Shown in pieces: positions 47,836 to 57,738 of a stretch of 64,000 nucleotides of DNA. Numbering within the stretch: the stretch's first letter is position 1; each line of letters starts with the position of its first letter. The notes below the pieces were generated by a model. That model searched no databases, was not told where the DNA came from, and was given only the letters and a program-made list of their open reading frames with translations. This DNA comes from Candidatus Krumholzibacteriia bacterium (GTDB lineage Bacteria; Krumholzibacteriota; Krumholzibacteriia; WVZY01; JAKEHA01): the NCBI GenBank assembly GCA_029865265.1, contig JAOUHG010000001.1:93213-157212 (forward strand). The letters run 5' to 3'. Made by a program: the position numbers and the translations under genes.

Positions 47836-50800
47836 TTACCGGCGGGACTCGAGCTCGGTCGCACGTTCCTTGGCCGCGACGACGAGCTCCGGATCCGTCG
47901 CGTTCTTGATGAGATCGCGATAGGCGGTGAGCGCCTTCCCGAACTCCTGGTTTCTCTCGTGCACTGCGGCACTGCGCGCCAGGGCCGAGAGACGGTATGG
48001 ATTGGACTTGTCGCCGCACTTCGCGGCAGCCGCGTAGGAAGAGAGCGCGGCCTTCTCGTCGCCTGACTGTTCCTCGCAGTAACCGGCCCGGAACTGCACC
48101 TCGACGCGCAGATCGGTTTCGAGACTCGCCGCCAGGGCCGCGTTGTACTCGCGCGCTGCCTCGGCGTAACGGCCCGCGTCCTCGTTGATGGCACCGAGCT
48201 GGAATGCGACTTGGCCGGCACGACGGTCGCGCGGATAGTCCGCCCGGTACTGCTCGAGCAGGGCCTGTGCGGCATCTACGTCGCCGAGCATGCGCTGGCA
48301 CAGGGCCAGGTTGTAGCGGGCGGCGGATCTGAGTTCAGCCGGGACGCTGTCGGAGAGTACGGCGGTGAAGTCCACCGCCGCGCGCATGTAGTCGCCCTCT
48401 GCGAAACGGCTGGCGCCCAGTTGCAACTGCACGGTCGGACGCAGCTCGCTCGCCGGGAAGAACGTGACGAACTGTTCCCACGCACCGCGCGCCTCGGCTT
48501 CGCGACCGGAACGGCTGTACGAGTCGCCCATCAGGTAGAGTGAGCGGTCGCCGGCCGAGTAGGAGGGGAACTGGCTGACGACACGGCGGAACGCCTCCGC
48601 GGCGCCCTCGAAGTCATCCGCCTGGTAGCGCCGCAGTGCGATCTCATACTGGGCATCCGCGGCGAAGCTGCTGGAGGGGAAGCGCTCCACCAGTTCGGCC
48701 AGCACTTCCTCGCCGTTCTCTTTCTGGCCCAGCTGATACAGGGCCAGCTCGATGCCGCGTTTCGCATCCTCAGCCACCGCGTGGTTGGGGAAGCGCTCGA
48801 TGACCATGGAGTAGGCCTCGATGGACTCCGGATAGTGGCCGGCGTTGTAGTCGCACTGCGCGATGCGCAGCGTTCCCACCGCCGACGAGCGGCTGTCCGC
48901 AAAATTGGTGGTGAGGCTCAGGTAACAGGCCTTCGCCTCTTCGTAGTGGCCCGCGGTGAAATAGACGTCACCCGCCCGCACCAGCGACTTCTCCGCGATG
49001 GGGGCGGTGGGGTCCATCCGCGCGACTTCCTCCCAGCGGTCCACGGCGTCGCCGTCCTGTCCCAGGCGCAGGTAGCACATGCCGGCCTGGTAGAGGGCCT
49101 GCGCACGGTCGGGGTGCGACGGGAAGCTGGCGAGGAACGATTCATAGGCCTTGGCGGCCTCTTTGTAGTGCTTCTCGTTGAAGAGAATGTGCGCCTTGTT
49201 GAGATAGGCGAAGCTCATGTCGCTCGACGCGCCGCTGGACGCGTAGCGGGCCAGCATGCGGTCCTGCGTCTGCATGGCCAGGTCGAGCTCGCCTTCCTGC
49301 GAGTAGGACCACGCCAGCAGCCGGTACGCGGGTACCGCGACGTCGGGGGTGGTGAACTCGGCGAGCAACTGCGTCAGCATCTGCTGCGCCTCGTCCTGCC
49401 GGCCCTGTGCGGCCAGAGCGTCAGCGTCGATCAGGAGTGCATTCGCGCGCCACAGCGACTTGCTGGGCGGCATGCGCTGCAGCAGCAGGTGGGGAATGCC
49501 CGAGAGCAGCCCCAGGTTTCCGGCGCGGTGGTAGGAGAGTTCCAGCAGGCACAGTGACGCCTCCACCAGTTCCTGCTTCTCCGGCGTTTCGAATTCGATG
49601 GTGCCCTCGCCGCGCACGGGCGCATAACGATCGAGCACGACGCGGAAGTAGGGCGCGGCCGCCGCGTAGCGGTTCTGCGACAGCAGTCCCGCGCCGGCCA
49701 GGTAGGCCGCGGCGGGTGCCTCGCGCGACGTCGGGTATCCGGAAACGACCGCCTGGTACGCACCCGTTGCCTCGGCGGGCCGGCCCAGGGCGTCGAGACT
49801 GCGCGCCACGCGGTACTGCGCCAGCGAGGCCAGGCCATGCTGGAAGTAGCGCGTCAGCACCTTGTTGAACTCGACGATGGCGGCCTCGTACTGCTCCGCC
49901 GAAAACAGCACCTCGCCCAGAACAATCTGTGCGCGTGCGGCGATCGTCGTGCCGGCGTACTCGGAGGCGACGGCACGCAACTGCGCCGTGCCTTCGTCGA
50001 ATTCGCCGGCCAGAACCGTGGATGCTGCTCCGCGCAGGCGCGCCTCGGCGCGGACCTCATCGGAGTTCACCGCGGCAACGACTTTGGCGAACTCCTCCGC
50101 CGCGCTCGCGTAGGCGCCGCTCTTGAAGAAGACATTGGCCTTGGCCAGTCTGGCGACGTCGCGCAGGCGCGGATCGTCGTAGCGGTCCGCGACTTCCTGG
50201 TAACGGGCGGCCGCCTTGAGCGGTTTGCCGGTGGCCTCGTCGGTGAGCGCGCGCAGGTACACGCACGCCGGATCCAGCGACGTCCCGCTCGGCTCCACCT
50301 TCACGTCGGAATAGCGACCCTCCAGGAACGCCGTGGTTCCCTCGGCCAGCGTCAAGCGGGCGTCATTGGCGAGCCACGGGAACTCGCGTCGGGTCTGCGC
50401 GAGTATAGAGACGGCCAGACCGACGCTGTCGCGGCGAATGGCGTTCCACGCGCGCGCCAGCATTGCCTCGCTGCGCGCGGGAGAGTTCGGGTTGTCTCGC
50501 AGCCACTTCACCCACTCCTTCTCCGCGTCCTCGTCGCGTCCCGTCGCTTCCAGAGTCTGGATGGCGGCGAGGCTCGCGTCGTCCACGAGGGGCGTCCTCT
50601 TTGCGTCCTTGCCAGCCTCGCGGTACGTCTTGTTGGCCTGGTCGTACTGCCCGAGCGCAAACAGGATCTCGCCGGCCAGGAAACGCGCCGCGGCCTTCTG
50701 CTCCTTCGGCACATCACCATCCAGGAACAGGCTCATGCGGCGGTCGAGATCCACGATGGCGGCGGTTCTTTCCGGCGCCGGCAGGTGCTGCGCCGCGTCG

Positions 50801-50946
50801 AACGCCAGCCCGATGTCGGAAAGTGGCTCCACCGGTGCACCCGCGCGCGCAGCTGCAGACACGGCAATCGTGCCGAGCGCGAGCAGTGCCAGCGCGGCGC
50901 CCTGGCGGCGCATGCGTTCGGCCATGAGAGTCAACTGGTTGCGCAT
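47836..50946 (-). CDS. large (1036 aa) TPR-repeat protein with signal peptide
   Basis: N-terminal signal (ALALLALGTIAVSAAARA) followed by >20 TPR-like units. It sits 22 nt upstream of ExbB on the same strand. Confidence 0.7.
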   Translation of the reverse strand: MRNQLTLMAERMRRQGAALALLALGTIAVSAAARAGAPVEPLSDIGLAFDAAQHLPAPERTAAIVDLDRRMSLFLDGDVPKEQKAAARFLAGEILFALGQYDQANKTYREAGKDAKRTPLVDDASLAAIQTLEATGRDEDAEKEWVKWLRDNPNSPARSEAMLARAWNAIRRDSVGLAVSILAQTRREFPWLANDARLTLAEGTTAFLEGRYSDVKVEPSGTSLDPACVYLRALTDEATGKPLKAAARYQEVADRYDDPRLRDVARLAKANVFFKSGAYASAAEEFAKVVAAVNSDEVRAEARLRGAASTVLAGEFDEGTAQLRAVASEYAGTTIAARAQIVLGEVLFSAEQYEAAIVEFNKVLTRYFQHGLASLAQYRVARSLDALGRPAEATGAYQAVVSGYPTSREAPAAAYLAGAGLLSQNRYAAAAPYFRVVLDRYAPVRGEGTIEFETPEKQELVEASLCLLELSYHRAGNLGLLSGIPHLLLQRMPPSKSLWRANALLIDADALAAQGRQDEAQQMLTQLLAEFTTPDVAVPAYRLLAWSYSQEGELDLAMQTQDRMLARYASSGASSDMSFAYLNKAHILFNEKHYKEAAKAYESFLASFPSHPDRAQALYQAGMCYLRLGQDGDAVDRWEEVARMDPTAPIAEKSLVRAGDVYFTAGHYEEAKACYLSLTTNFADSRSSAVGTLRIAQCDYNAGHYPESIEAYSMVIERFPNHAVAEDAKRGIELALYQLGQKENGEEVLAELVERFPSSSFAADAQYEIALRRYQADDFEGAAEAFRRVVSQFPSYSAGDRSLYLMGDSYSRSGREAEARGAWEQFVTFFPASELRPTVQLQLGASRFAEGDYMRAAVDFTAVLSDSVPAELRSAARYNLALCQRMLGDVDAAQALLEQYRADYPRDRRAGQVAFQLGAINEDAGRYAEAAREYNAALAASLETDLRVEVQFRAGYCEEQSGDEKAALSSYAAAAKCGDKSNPYRLSALARSAAVHERNQEFGKALTAYRDLIKNATDPELVVAAKERATELESRR

Positions 50947-50959
50947 GTCCTTCTCCTCG

Positions 50960-52246
50960 TCAGTGAACGATCACCGGAACGCTGCCCTGCGGACCCGACG
51001 TTGTGATCTCGACGGTCTTGTTCTCGGTACGCAGCACCCGTCCCTCGTCGTCGGTGACGGTCATGCGGTAGTGGTAGATGCCGTCGGGAAGGGTCATGCC
51101 GTTCTCGTCCTTGCCGTCCCACATGACGTGCGCGGGCGGAACACCCAGACCGCCGAACGAACGCACGGTTTCGCCGTGCTTGTCGACGATCGCCAGGTGC
51201 CATTCCCGGGTTTCGGCCTTGGTGCGCGCCTTGATCTCAAACTTGGTCACGGAGTTCTCGCCCAGCGGAGAGAACACCTGCGGTGTCGCCGTCGACGTGG
51301 CAAAGAAGCCGCCGAAACGGTACGAGAGCGCCACGCGGTGGATGATGCCGAGGTCGTGGTCCGACATGCCGTAGTCGAACTGCAGGCCCTGGTTGAGGCG
51401 GTAACTGAAGCCACCCGCGGGCTCGCTCTCAAAGAATCCGGCGCGCAGGCCGAAGGCCTCGTAGAGCCACACTTCGGTGCCGGCGCGGAACGTCGTGCCG
51501 GGGCCATCGCGGTGGTCGACTTCCAGCGAGAGCAGGCCCTTGCCGTTCAGGTATCCGAGCCCCAGGCCGCCGCGCACTTCGAGCGGGAAGGACTCTTCGA
51601 CATCGCGCGCGGTCAGGGTGGGACCACCGATGTTGAGCACCGACGCGCCCAGGCGAACCCGGGGCGTGATGCCGTACATGAGGCCCATGTCGAAGCCGAC
51701 GCCGGAGGCGTCGGCGTCTTCCACCTGCTGACGGATGATCTTGATGTTGGCACCCACCGAAAAGCGCGGAGAGAACGCCTTGGATCCCGAAATCAGGAAT
51801 GCCATGTCGCTCTGCTTGAACTCGCCCAGCGATTCGTTCAACTCGTTGGTGCGTTCGAAGTCACCCGAGTTGAGCGCCAGCATGGTGAAGCCGATGGTGG
51901 GGAGCGTTCGCGCCGGGACGGTGAAGCTGAACGCGTTGACGGACGTGCCCTCGAAGTAACGCGCGGTCTCCAGCGCGAACGCGTTCTGCGACTGCAAAAC
52001 CAGCCCGGCCGGGTTCCACACCGCGCCCAGCGGGTCGTCCGCCGCGGCCACGAAGGCGCCACCCAGGCCGACCGCACGCGCCGAGACATAGTCCGACAGC
52101 CAGTCGCCGGGAACGCCGTAGCTGGCGTCCTGGGCCGCCGCCGGCGCGGGCATGACGGCGGCGATCAACGCCGCTGCCAGCACCAGCCGGGTTGCGTGGC
52201 CGCTCATCGTGGTCAAAATGGATCGTGATAGTCCGTTGCGTTTCAT
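50960..52246 (-). CDS. FadL/PorV-like outer-membrane beta-barrel with an NPAG hatch motif, fused to a C-terminal FlgD-Ig-like domain
   Basis: Signal peptide, an N-terminal AVWNPAGLV motif, alternating-hydrophobic beta-strands ending in the aromatic ALSYRF, then an FlgD-Ig-like segment (HVMWDGKDENGMTLPDGIYHYRMTV). Confidence 0.5.
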   Translation of the reverse strand: MKRNGLSRSILTTMSGHATRLVLAAALIAAVMPAPAAAQDASYGVPGDWLSDYVSARAVGLGGAFVAAADDPLGAVWNPAGLVLQSQNAFALETARYFEGTSVNAFSFTVPARTLPTIGFTMLALNSGDFERTNELNESLGEFKQSDMAFLISGSKAFSPRFSVGANIKIIRQQVEDADASGVGFDMGLMYGITPRVRLGASVLNIGGPTLTARDVEESFPLEVRGGLGLGYLNGKGLLSLEVDHRDGPGTTFRAGTEVWLYEAFGLRAGFFESEPAGGFSYRLNQGLQFDYGMSDHDLGIIHRVALSYRFGGFFATSTATPQVFSPLGENSVTKFEIKARTKAETREWHLAIVDKHGETVRSFGGLGVPPAHVMWDGKDENGMTLPDGIYHYRMTVTDDEGRVLRTENKTVEITTSGPQGSVPVIVH

Positions 52247-52260
52247 GTCTGTTCCTCCGC

Positions 52261-55200
52261 TCAGCGAACGACCGCGATCTTGCGGCGCATGGAATGAAGC
52301 GTTTCGCCGTTACCGTTGGCCTGGATGTAGACGATGTAGCCACCCGTGGCAACGGTCTTGCCGTCCCCGTTCTTTCCATCCCAGACGAACTCATTCAATC
52401 CGGCCGTCCCTCCCTGTTGTCCGGAGGCAAACGTCTTCTCGAAGACGAGACCGCCGGTGAGGGTGAAGATGCGCATGCTGACGGTCGCGTTGTCCGAGAG
52501 CTTGTAGGCGATCGTCGTCGGCGTCTCACCCGGGTGGAACGGATTGGGGTAGTTGGATATGTAGCCGCCATCCGCGTTGGGATCGACGAGGGCGGTCTGG
52601 ATGTCGAGCTCTGCGGCGAGTGCGCCGGCCACCGCGCGCACGCGGCTGGTCTGCGGCTCGCGTGGCGAGTGGAAGTCGCAGCGCGCGGACCCGTTGGCCT
52701 GCGTGAGCGAGTCGATGGGTGTCAGCGTTCCACCGCCCAGCAGGAGCGAGAAGGCGGTGGCCTGGCCCGGGACGCCATTCTGATAGGCGTCGACCACGCG
52801 CGCGCTGACCGTCGCATGCTTGTTGCCGCCCACCCAGGACGGGCTGCTCGACATCACGATGTCCGTGGGCGCGCCCGGCGACACGGTGATTACTTCCGAT
52901 GCGGCGGGAGCGTTGCCGGCGTCGTCGCGCACGATGAGCACGATCGGTTCCGCGAAGGTGTAGGTCTCCGCCATCGCGCGCTGGCCCTGCAGGAGCTGGA
53001 ACTGCGTGTTGAGCAGTGTCCCGCGCCCCGCGGCCTGCGTGGAGGCGTTCTGCACCTCGACGGTGACGAAGGAGTTGATCTCCTGGATGACGCTGCCGGC
53101 GTCGTTGGTCACCTTCACGGTGAGGGTGAACTGCTCGCCGGCCTGCACGTTGAGCGGCGTGACTTCCGCCTCGAGGTGGAAGCCGCTCGAGATGGCGCGC
53201 ACCTGCGTGGTGCTCACCGGCATCGAGGGCTGGTTCACGTTGGAGGCGGTGATCTGCTGGAATCCGCCCGTCGACAGGCGGATGTTCATTGTCGCCACGC
53301 CGTCGACCATTGCCTGGTCGGCGGGAAGTTGCGCCAGGGGATCGCCCGACGTGATGCGGATGACGTCCGTCGCGCCGGTGACCGGGTTGTACCACTGGTC
53401 GGTGGCGTAGATGGTGAGGTTGAACGAATAGTTGATCGACTGGTCGGTCGCCGTTCCGGCGCGTCCCTCCGGGGTTCCCGGCGCAATCGTCTCACCCGGG
53501 CACAACAGCACGATGCGGCTGTAGGGGCCACCGGTCACGTACACCTGGCTCGAGGTGTGGGGCAGGATGGCCGAGTTGGTGGCGTGCGTTGCGGTGATGC
53601 GCTGGTACCCGGATCGGTACAGCGTCACGGACTGCACGAGTTCGCCGTTAACGAGCGTCACCGTTCCCGGCATGCCCGCGAACAGGTCGGTGGACGTCAG
53701 GTCGACATTGTCGTTGATGCCGGGCACGCGGTTCCAGAACTGATCGACCGCGCGAATGGTGGCGTTGAACGGCGTTCCCGCCTGCTGATCCGTTGGCGTG
53801 CCCGTGAAGCCGATGGCGGTGCCACCCGCGGGCGTCTGGCCGGGGAGCAACACCTGCAGCTTGGCCATGGGGCCCGCATTCACGACGAAAGCATTGCTGG
53901 TTCCGGTGTGCGGGGGCGCGGAGAAGTCGGAACAGGTAACCGACACCGAGCCGCCGGCACCGCGGAAGACCATGGAGCCCGTCCACACACCGTTGGTGAA
54001 CACGATTGCCTCGGGCGAAATGCTGCCGGGACCCGTGTTCGCGATCAGGATGGCGTTGCCGGCGTAGCCGGGGACGGTGTTGCCGCCCGCGTCGGTGGCA
54101 CGAACCGTCACCGGAACCGCCTGGCCGGCCGTCACCGGGCCGGTAATGGGGTCGAACTCGAAGTGGTGCGCGCCGCTCGCCATCACCATGATGCCGGCCG
54201 ATGTCATGCTCTGGATGGAGCCGTTGCTCTGGTCGTTGACGGTGAGGGTCTGCGTGCCCACCGTGTTGAGCGTGAAGGTGAAGCTGCGGAAGCCATTGGT
54301 GAGTGCTCCGGTGACGGGCGTCGCGCCGGCGTCGCTGGAGGTGATGCGCACGTTGTCGCCGCTCGGAACCGGGTTCCAGTAGGCGTCGGTGGCGTAGACG
54401 TCCACCGAGAATGCGACGGCCGCCGTCTGCGACGCCGGGCTCCCCAGCAGTCCCGCCACGCTGCCCGGCAGGGGGTCCTGACCGGGAGCGATCACCTGCA
54501 GGCGGTTGAAGGGGCCGGGATGCACGGTGAACGGATCGCTGGTTCCGTTGATGGAAGGATCCGCCGCCAGGTAGGCAACAATGTTCACGTTGCCGCGGTT
54601 GATGCTGGTCTGGTCGGCGCGGTACATGGTAACGCTGCCCGACCAGGTTCCGCCCGACAGGGTCACGGTCGCGGGGCTGATGCGGCCGTCGCCGTAGCTC
54701 GTTACCTCGTTCAGGCTGATGGGGCCACTATAAGGAACGGTGCTGCCGCCGGGGTCCACCGCGGTGATGGAAATGGACATCGGCTGGCCGGCGTACTGGT
54801 TCTTCTGGTTGATGCGCGAGAACTCGAACCCCTGCAGCAGGTACGACGACACGCTGGAAGACGTCGCCAGCGGAATGGTCGGGTCCGATTGGTCATCCGC
54901 GCTGAACGTGTAACTCCCAGCGGCATTGAGCGTTACCTGCACCGTCGCGGTGCCGCCCGCAAGGCTGAAGGCCGACGGCAGCGATGCGCTCGCGTCGGTC
55001 GACGTCAGCGATACCGAGTTTGTGATTGATGTCACGAGGTTCCAGGACGCGTCGCACGCGCGTACGGTCACCGTAAAGGGAACCCCGACAGTCTGGCTCA
55101 CGGGGGCACCGGACTTGCCGGTCCCCGTTCCCGGCGCGGGAGACTCGCCTGGCAGGATCACCTGCAGGTTTGTATACGACTGCGCGGCCGCGTCATGTGC

Positions 55201-55263
55201 CGGCAGTCCCACCCCGGCGACGACCACCAACATGCAGACAAGAGACGTCAACGCCTTTCGCAC
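52261..55263 (-). CDS. ~1000-aa secreted cell-surface protein with tandem Ig-like/BIG-type repeats and a T9SS-like C-terminal sorting domain
   Basis: GTG start preceded by AAGGAG, signal peptide (LVCMLVVVAGVGLPAHDAAAQ), repeated ~100-aa Thr/Ser/Gly-rich beta-repeat modules, and a tail (YPNPFHPGETPTTIAYKL...FVWDGKNGDGKTVATGGYIVYIQA). Confidence 0.6.
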   Translation of the reverse strand: MRKALTSLVCMLVVVAGVGLPAHDAAAQSYTNLQVILPGESPAPGTGTGKSGAPVSQTVGVPFTVTVRACDASWNLVTSITNSVSLTSTDASASLPSAFSLAGGTATVQVTLNAAGSYTFSADDQSDPTIPLATSSSVSSYLLQGFEFSRINQKNQYAGQPMSISITAVDPGGSTVPYSGPISLNEVTSYGDGRISPATVTLSGGTWSGSVTMYRADQTSINRGNVNIVAYLAADPSINGTSDPFTVHPGPFNRLQVIAPGQDPLPGSVAGLLGSPASQTAAVAFSVDVYATDAYWNPVPSGDNVRITSSDAGATPVTGALTNGFRSFTFTLNTVGTQTLTVNDQSNGSIQSMTSAGIMVMASGAHHFEFDPITGPVTAGQAVPVTVRATDAGGNTVPGYAGNAILIANTGPGSISPEAIVFTNGVWTGSMVFRGAGGSVSVTCSDFSAPPHTGTSNAFVVNAGPMAKLQVLLPGQTPAGGTAIGFTGTPTDQQAGTPFNATIRAVDQFWNRVPGINDNVDLTSTDLFAGMPGTVTLVNGELVQSVTLYRSGYQRITATHATNSAILPHTSSQVYVTGGPYSRIVLLCPGETIAPGTPEGRAGTATDQSINYSFNLTIYATDQWYNPVTGATDVIRITSGDPLAQLPADQAMVDGVATMNIRLSTGGFQQITASNVNQPSMPVSTTQVRAISSGFHLEAEVTPLNVQAGEQFTLTVKVTNDAGSVIQEINSFVTVEVQNASTQAAGRGTLLNTQFQLLQGQRAMAETYTFAEPIVLIVRDDAGNAPAASEVITVSPGAPTDIVMSSSPSWVGGNKHATVSARVVDAYQNGVPGQATAFSLLLGGGTLTPIDSLTQANGSARCDFHSPREPQTSRVRAVAGALAAELDIQTALVDPNADGGYISNYPNPFHPGETPTTIAYKLSDNATVSMRIFTLTGGLVFEKTFASGQQGGTAGLNEFVWDGKNGDGKTVATGGYIVYIQANGNGETLHSMRRKIAVVR

Positions 55264-55404
55264 GCGTATCACTCCTTGAACAATCGGGCACGATGAGGAC
55301 GTGCGCTCCCTTAGCGGGAGCGGCGTACCCATCCACCGCCACAATCGGCAACCAGGTAACGTTAGAATCAGATTCTGTTCAGCAAGTGACGTACCAGCCC
55401 CCAC

Positions 55405-56358
55405 ATGGCATCCGGAGACATGGTGCGAAGGCGCTGGCGTGGCCCTTGCTCTTCCCGGTCTCTTGATCTTTCCCCGCCAGGAAATGGCCGTGGGATTCAA
55501 CGTGGGTGCGTTGTTCACAGGAGGGACGTATTGGCAACGGTGAGCTGGAAGCGTGGACAATTCAGAATTGCCGGTCATCCCGTCAGTGACGAAATGTTCG
55601 ACCAGTGGGTGGTGGGTGAGGGACGTAGCGCGTTGCGGGAAGCATTGCGAACTACGCACCTACAATGGTGGTTTGGCAACACCCGTGCCCGGCGTCGCCT
55701 GCGGCGCGCGGTTCGAAACGCCTTCCGCCCCGGCGGAACCTTCTGCGCCGCCACGGTGAAGCAGCTCGGTCAACTGCCCAGGGTGGTTCGGGGCTGCGCC
55801 ATCGGCATCCAGCGAACCGGCCACCGGCAGCTCTGCACCTTCGACCCCACCGCGGCCATCGTGGTGGTGCCGCGCGGCGTGGTGCGCAACGACATCAAGG
55901 TGCTGCTGGTGCGCGAGCTGGCCGGGCTGGCGCAGGTTCGCGACTTCAACGGGCTAACCGAGCGCGTGCTCTCCTGGGCTGCGATCGGTGCCGAGACCGC
56001 ACTCTTCGACTACATTGCGCGCGGCAAGCAGCACGTGGACGAGAGCGGGCGCGGCATCATTCTGGGCGGGGACAGCGACTTTCGCTGGAACATCAACGCC
56101 ACCAATGGCCACTACTACTACGCCGCGTCACTGGAGGAGCGCGTCGACCTCACCGGCAGCCGCGAACGCCGCCGCTTCCTCGCCGGCATCCGCGAGCTCT
56201 ACCAGGGACAGACCGTGCACCTCAAGCGCATGCGCGCCGAAGAGGCGCGCGAAACGGCGGAGGCCTTCCGCCTCCTGCAGAAAATGGACCCCCGCGCCCG
56301 CGAGACCGCCGCGGACCGCGCGCGCCGCATCCGCGAACCCGCCGGCATGCAGTACTAG
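55405..56358 (+). CDS. hypothetical protein
   Basis: Open frame with no recognisable family. The real start is probably internal (GTG near 55540 or the ATG of MFDQWVVGE). Divergent from the giant surface protein gene. Confidence 0.35.
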   Translation: MASGDMVRRRWRGPCSSRSLDLSPPGNGRGIQRGCVVHRRDVLATVSWKRGQFRIAGHPVSDEMFDQWVVGEGRSALREALRTTHLQWWFGNTRARRRLRRAVRNAFRPGGTFCAATVKQLGQLPRVVRGCAIGIQRTGHRQLCTFDPTAAIVVVPRGVVRNDIKVLLVRELAGLAQVRDFNGLTERVLSWAAIGAETALFDYIARGKQHVDESGRGIILGGDSDFRWNINATNGHYYYAASLEERVDLTGSRERRRFLAGIRELYQGQTVHLKRMRAEEARETAEAFRLLQKMDPRARETAADRARRIREPAGMQY

Positions 56359-56473
56359 CTCAGGCCCGCACTTCACCCCGGCTTCGTCTCCAGGCGGCGC
56401 AAATATGCTATACTGGCGCCCGATTGTGCGCTGAGGGCAAGCTCGCCGGGTCCCGGGCAACGGACCCCGCAAC

Positions 56474-57658
56474 ATGTCGATTCGCGATTCCATCCTCTCG
56501 TCCGCCGGACGGGCCAACGCGCTCGTGCTGCTGGTGACGGTGTTCGTGCTGCTCGTGGGTGCGGAGATCGCCCTGCGCATTACCTACCACCCCGAGAACC
56601 TCGGCACGGTCATTCGCTACGACGACCTGCTCGGCTGGAGTCTTGTCCCCAACGCCATGCTCATCAGCAACGACACCGGCCGTGGCCTGCACTACCGCAT
56701 GGACATCAACTCCATCGGCCTGCGCGAGGACGAGGTGGACCTGCCCAAGCCGAAGGGCCGCAAGCGCGTGCTCATCCTGGGCGACTCGATTGCGTTCGGC
56801 AGCGGGGTGCAGGGCAACGAGCGCTTCTCGGATCACCTCAAGGGTGAGCTTCCCGGGGACGTCGACATCGTGAACGCGGGGGTTCCGGGGTGGGGAACAG
56901 ACCAGGAGCTGCTCTTCTACGAGCGCGACCTGCGCCGCCTGGAAGCGGACATCGTGGTGCTCGAGTTCACCGCCAACAACGATGTGGTCAACAACGAGCT
57001 GCGCGGCCCGCTCATCGAGGACGGCACCAAGCCGCGATTCCGCTGCAACGACGGTGTGCTGACGCTGGAGCCCCCCAACCGGCCGGCCGTGGTGGCCACC
57101 ACGGCGAAGGCGCGCGTAAAAAGCGTGCTGCGCAAGAGCAGGCTGCTGCTCTTCGTCAAGCGCCGCCTGGAAATGCGCCACTACAAGCAGCACGCGCGGG
57201 AGGATCCCTCGCTGGCCCACGCCGGCTACGAGGCCGACCGCCACCTCTCCCACTGGTCGGTGTACGACACGCGCGGTGGCGTCGCCATCGAGACGGCGTG
57301 GAGCGTCACGGAGTGCATCTTCGCCCAGCTCGCGCACGACTGCCGCGAGGATTCGGTGCGCCTCATCGTCTTTGCGTTCCCGCTCAAGATCGAAGTGGAC
57401 GTGCCCTGGCGCGACGACCTGATCCAGCGCACCCAGACCGACCCGCAGTACCTCGACTACATGCGTCCCTACCGGCGCATGGAGGCGATCTGTGCGCGCG
57501 AGGGAATCGAGTTCGTGTATCCGCTGGACGCGTTTCGGCACGCCCTCGCGGAGGGCCCTTTGTACTTCGAACACGACAGCCACCCCAATGCGCACGCGCA
57601 CGCCGTGGCCGCGGGGGCCCTGCGCGACGTGCTGGTGCCGGCCGTGTCCCGCCGCTGA
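56474..57658 (+). CDS. membrane-anchored SGNH/GDSL-family hydrolase (polysaccharide O-acyl transferase/esterase-like)
   Basis: N-terminal TM (ALVLLVTVFVLLVGAEIAL), GDS block (VLILGDSIAFGSG), a Gly block (NAGVPGWG) and a C-terminal DxxH block. Confidence 0.65.
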   Translation: MSIRDSILSSAGRANALVLLVTVFVLLVGAEIALRITYHPENLGTVIRYDDLLGWSLVPNAMLISNDTGRGLHYRMDINSIGLREDEVDLPKPKGRKRVLILGDSIAFGSGVQGNERFSDHLKGELPGDVDIVNAGVPGWGTDQELLFYERDLRRLEADIVVLEFTANNDVVNNELRGPLIEDGTKPRFRCNDGVLTLEPPNRPAVVATTAKARVKSVLRKSRLLLFVKRRLEMRHYKQHAREDPSLAHAGYEADRHLSHWSVYDTRGGVAIETAWSVTECIFAQLAHDCREDSVRLIVFAFPLKIEVDVPWRDDLIQRTQTDPQYLDYMRPYRRMEAICAREGIEFVYPLDAFRHALAEGPLYFEHDSHPNAHAHAVAAGALRDVLVPAVSRR

Positions 57659-57738
57659 GCCGTGTTTGCGCCTCCGTTGCGTGGCACATCCTGTGCAGTC
57701 TCACCCGTGCGTGGAGTAACCGACCGAGGGAGGACATC

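Noticed and set aside
47836-50946. Considered whether the 1036-aa TPR protein is a mis-joined pair of genes.
   Set aside because: A single uninterrupted frame with a signal peptide at the N-terminus and TPR units throughout. There is no internal RBS or start context suggesting a split.
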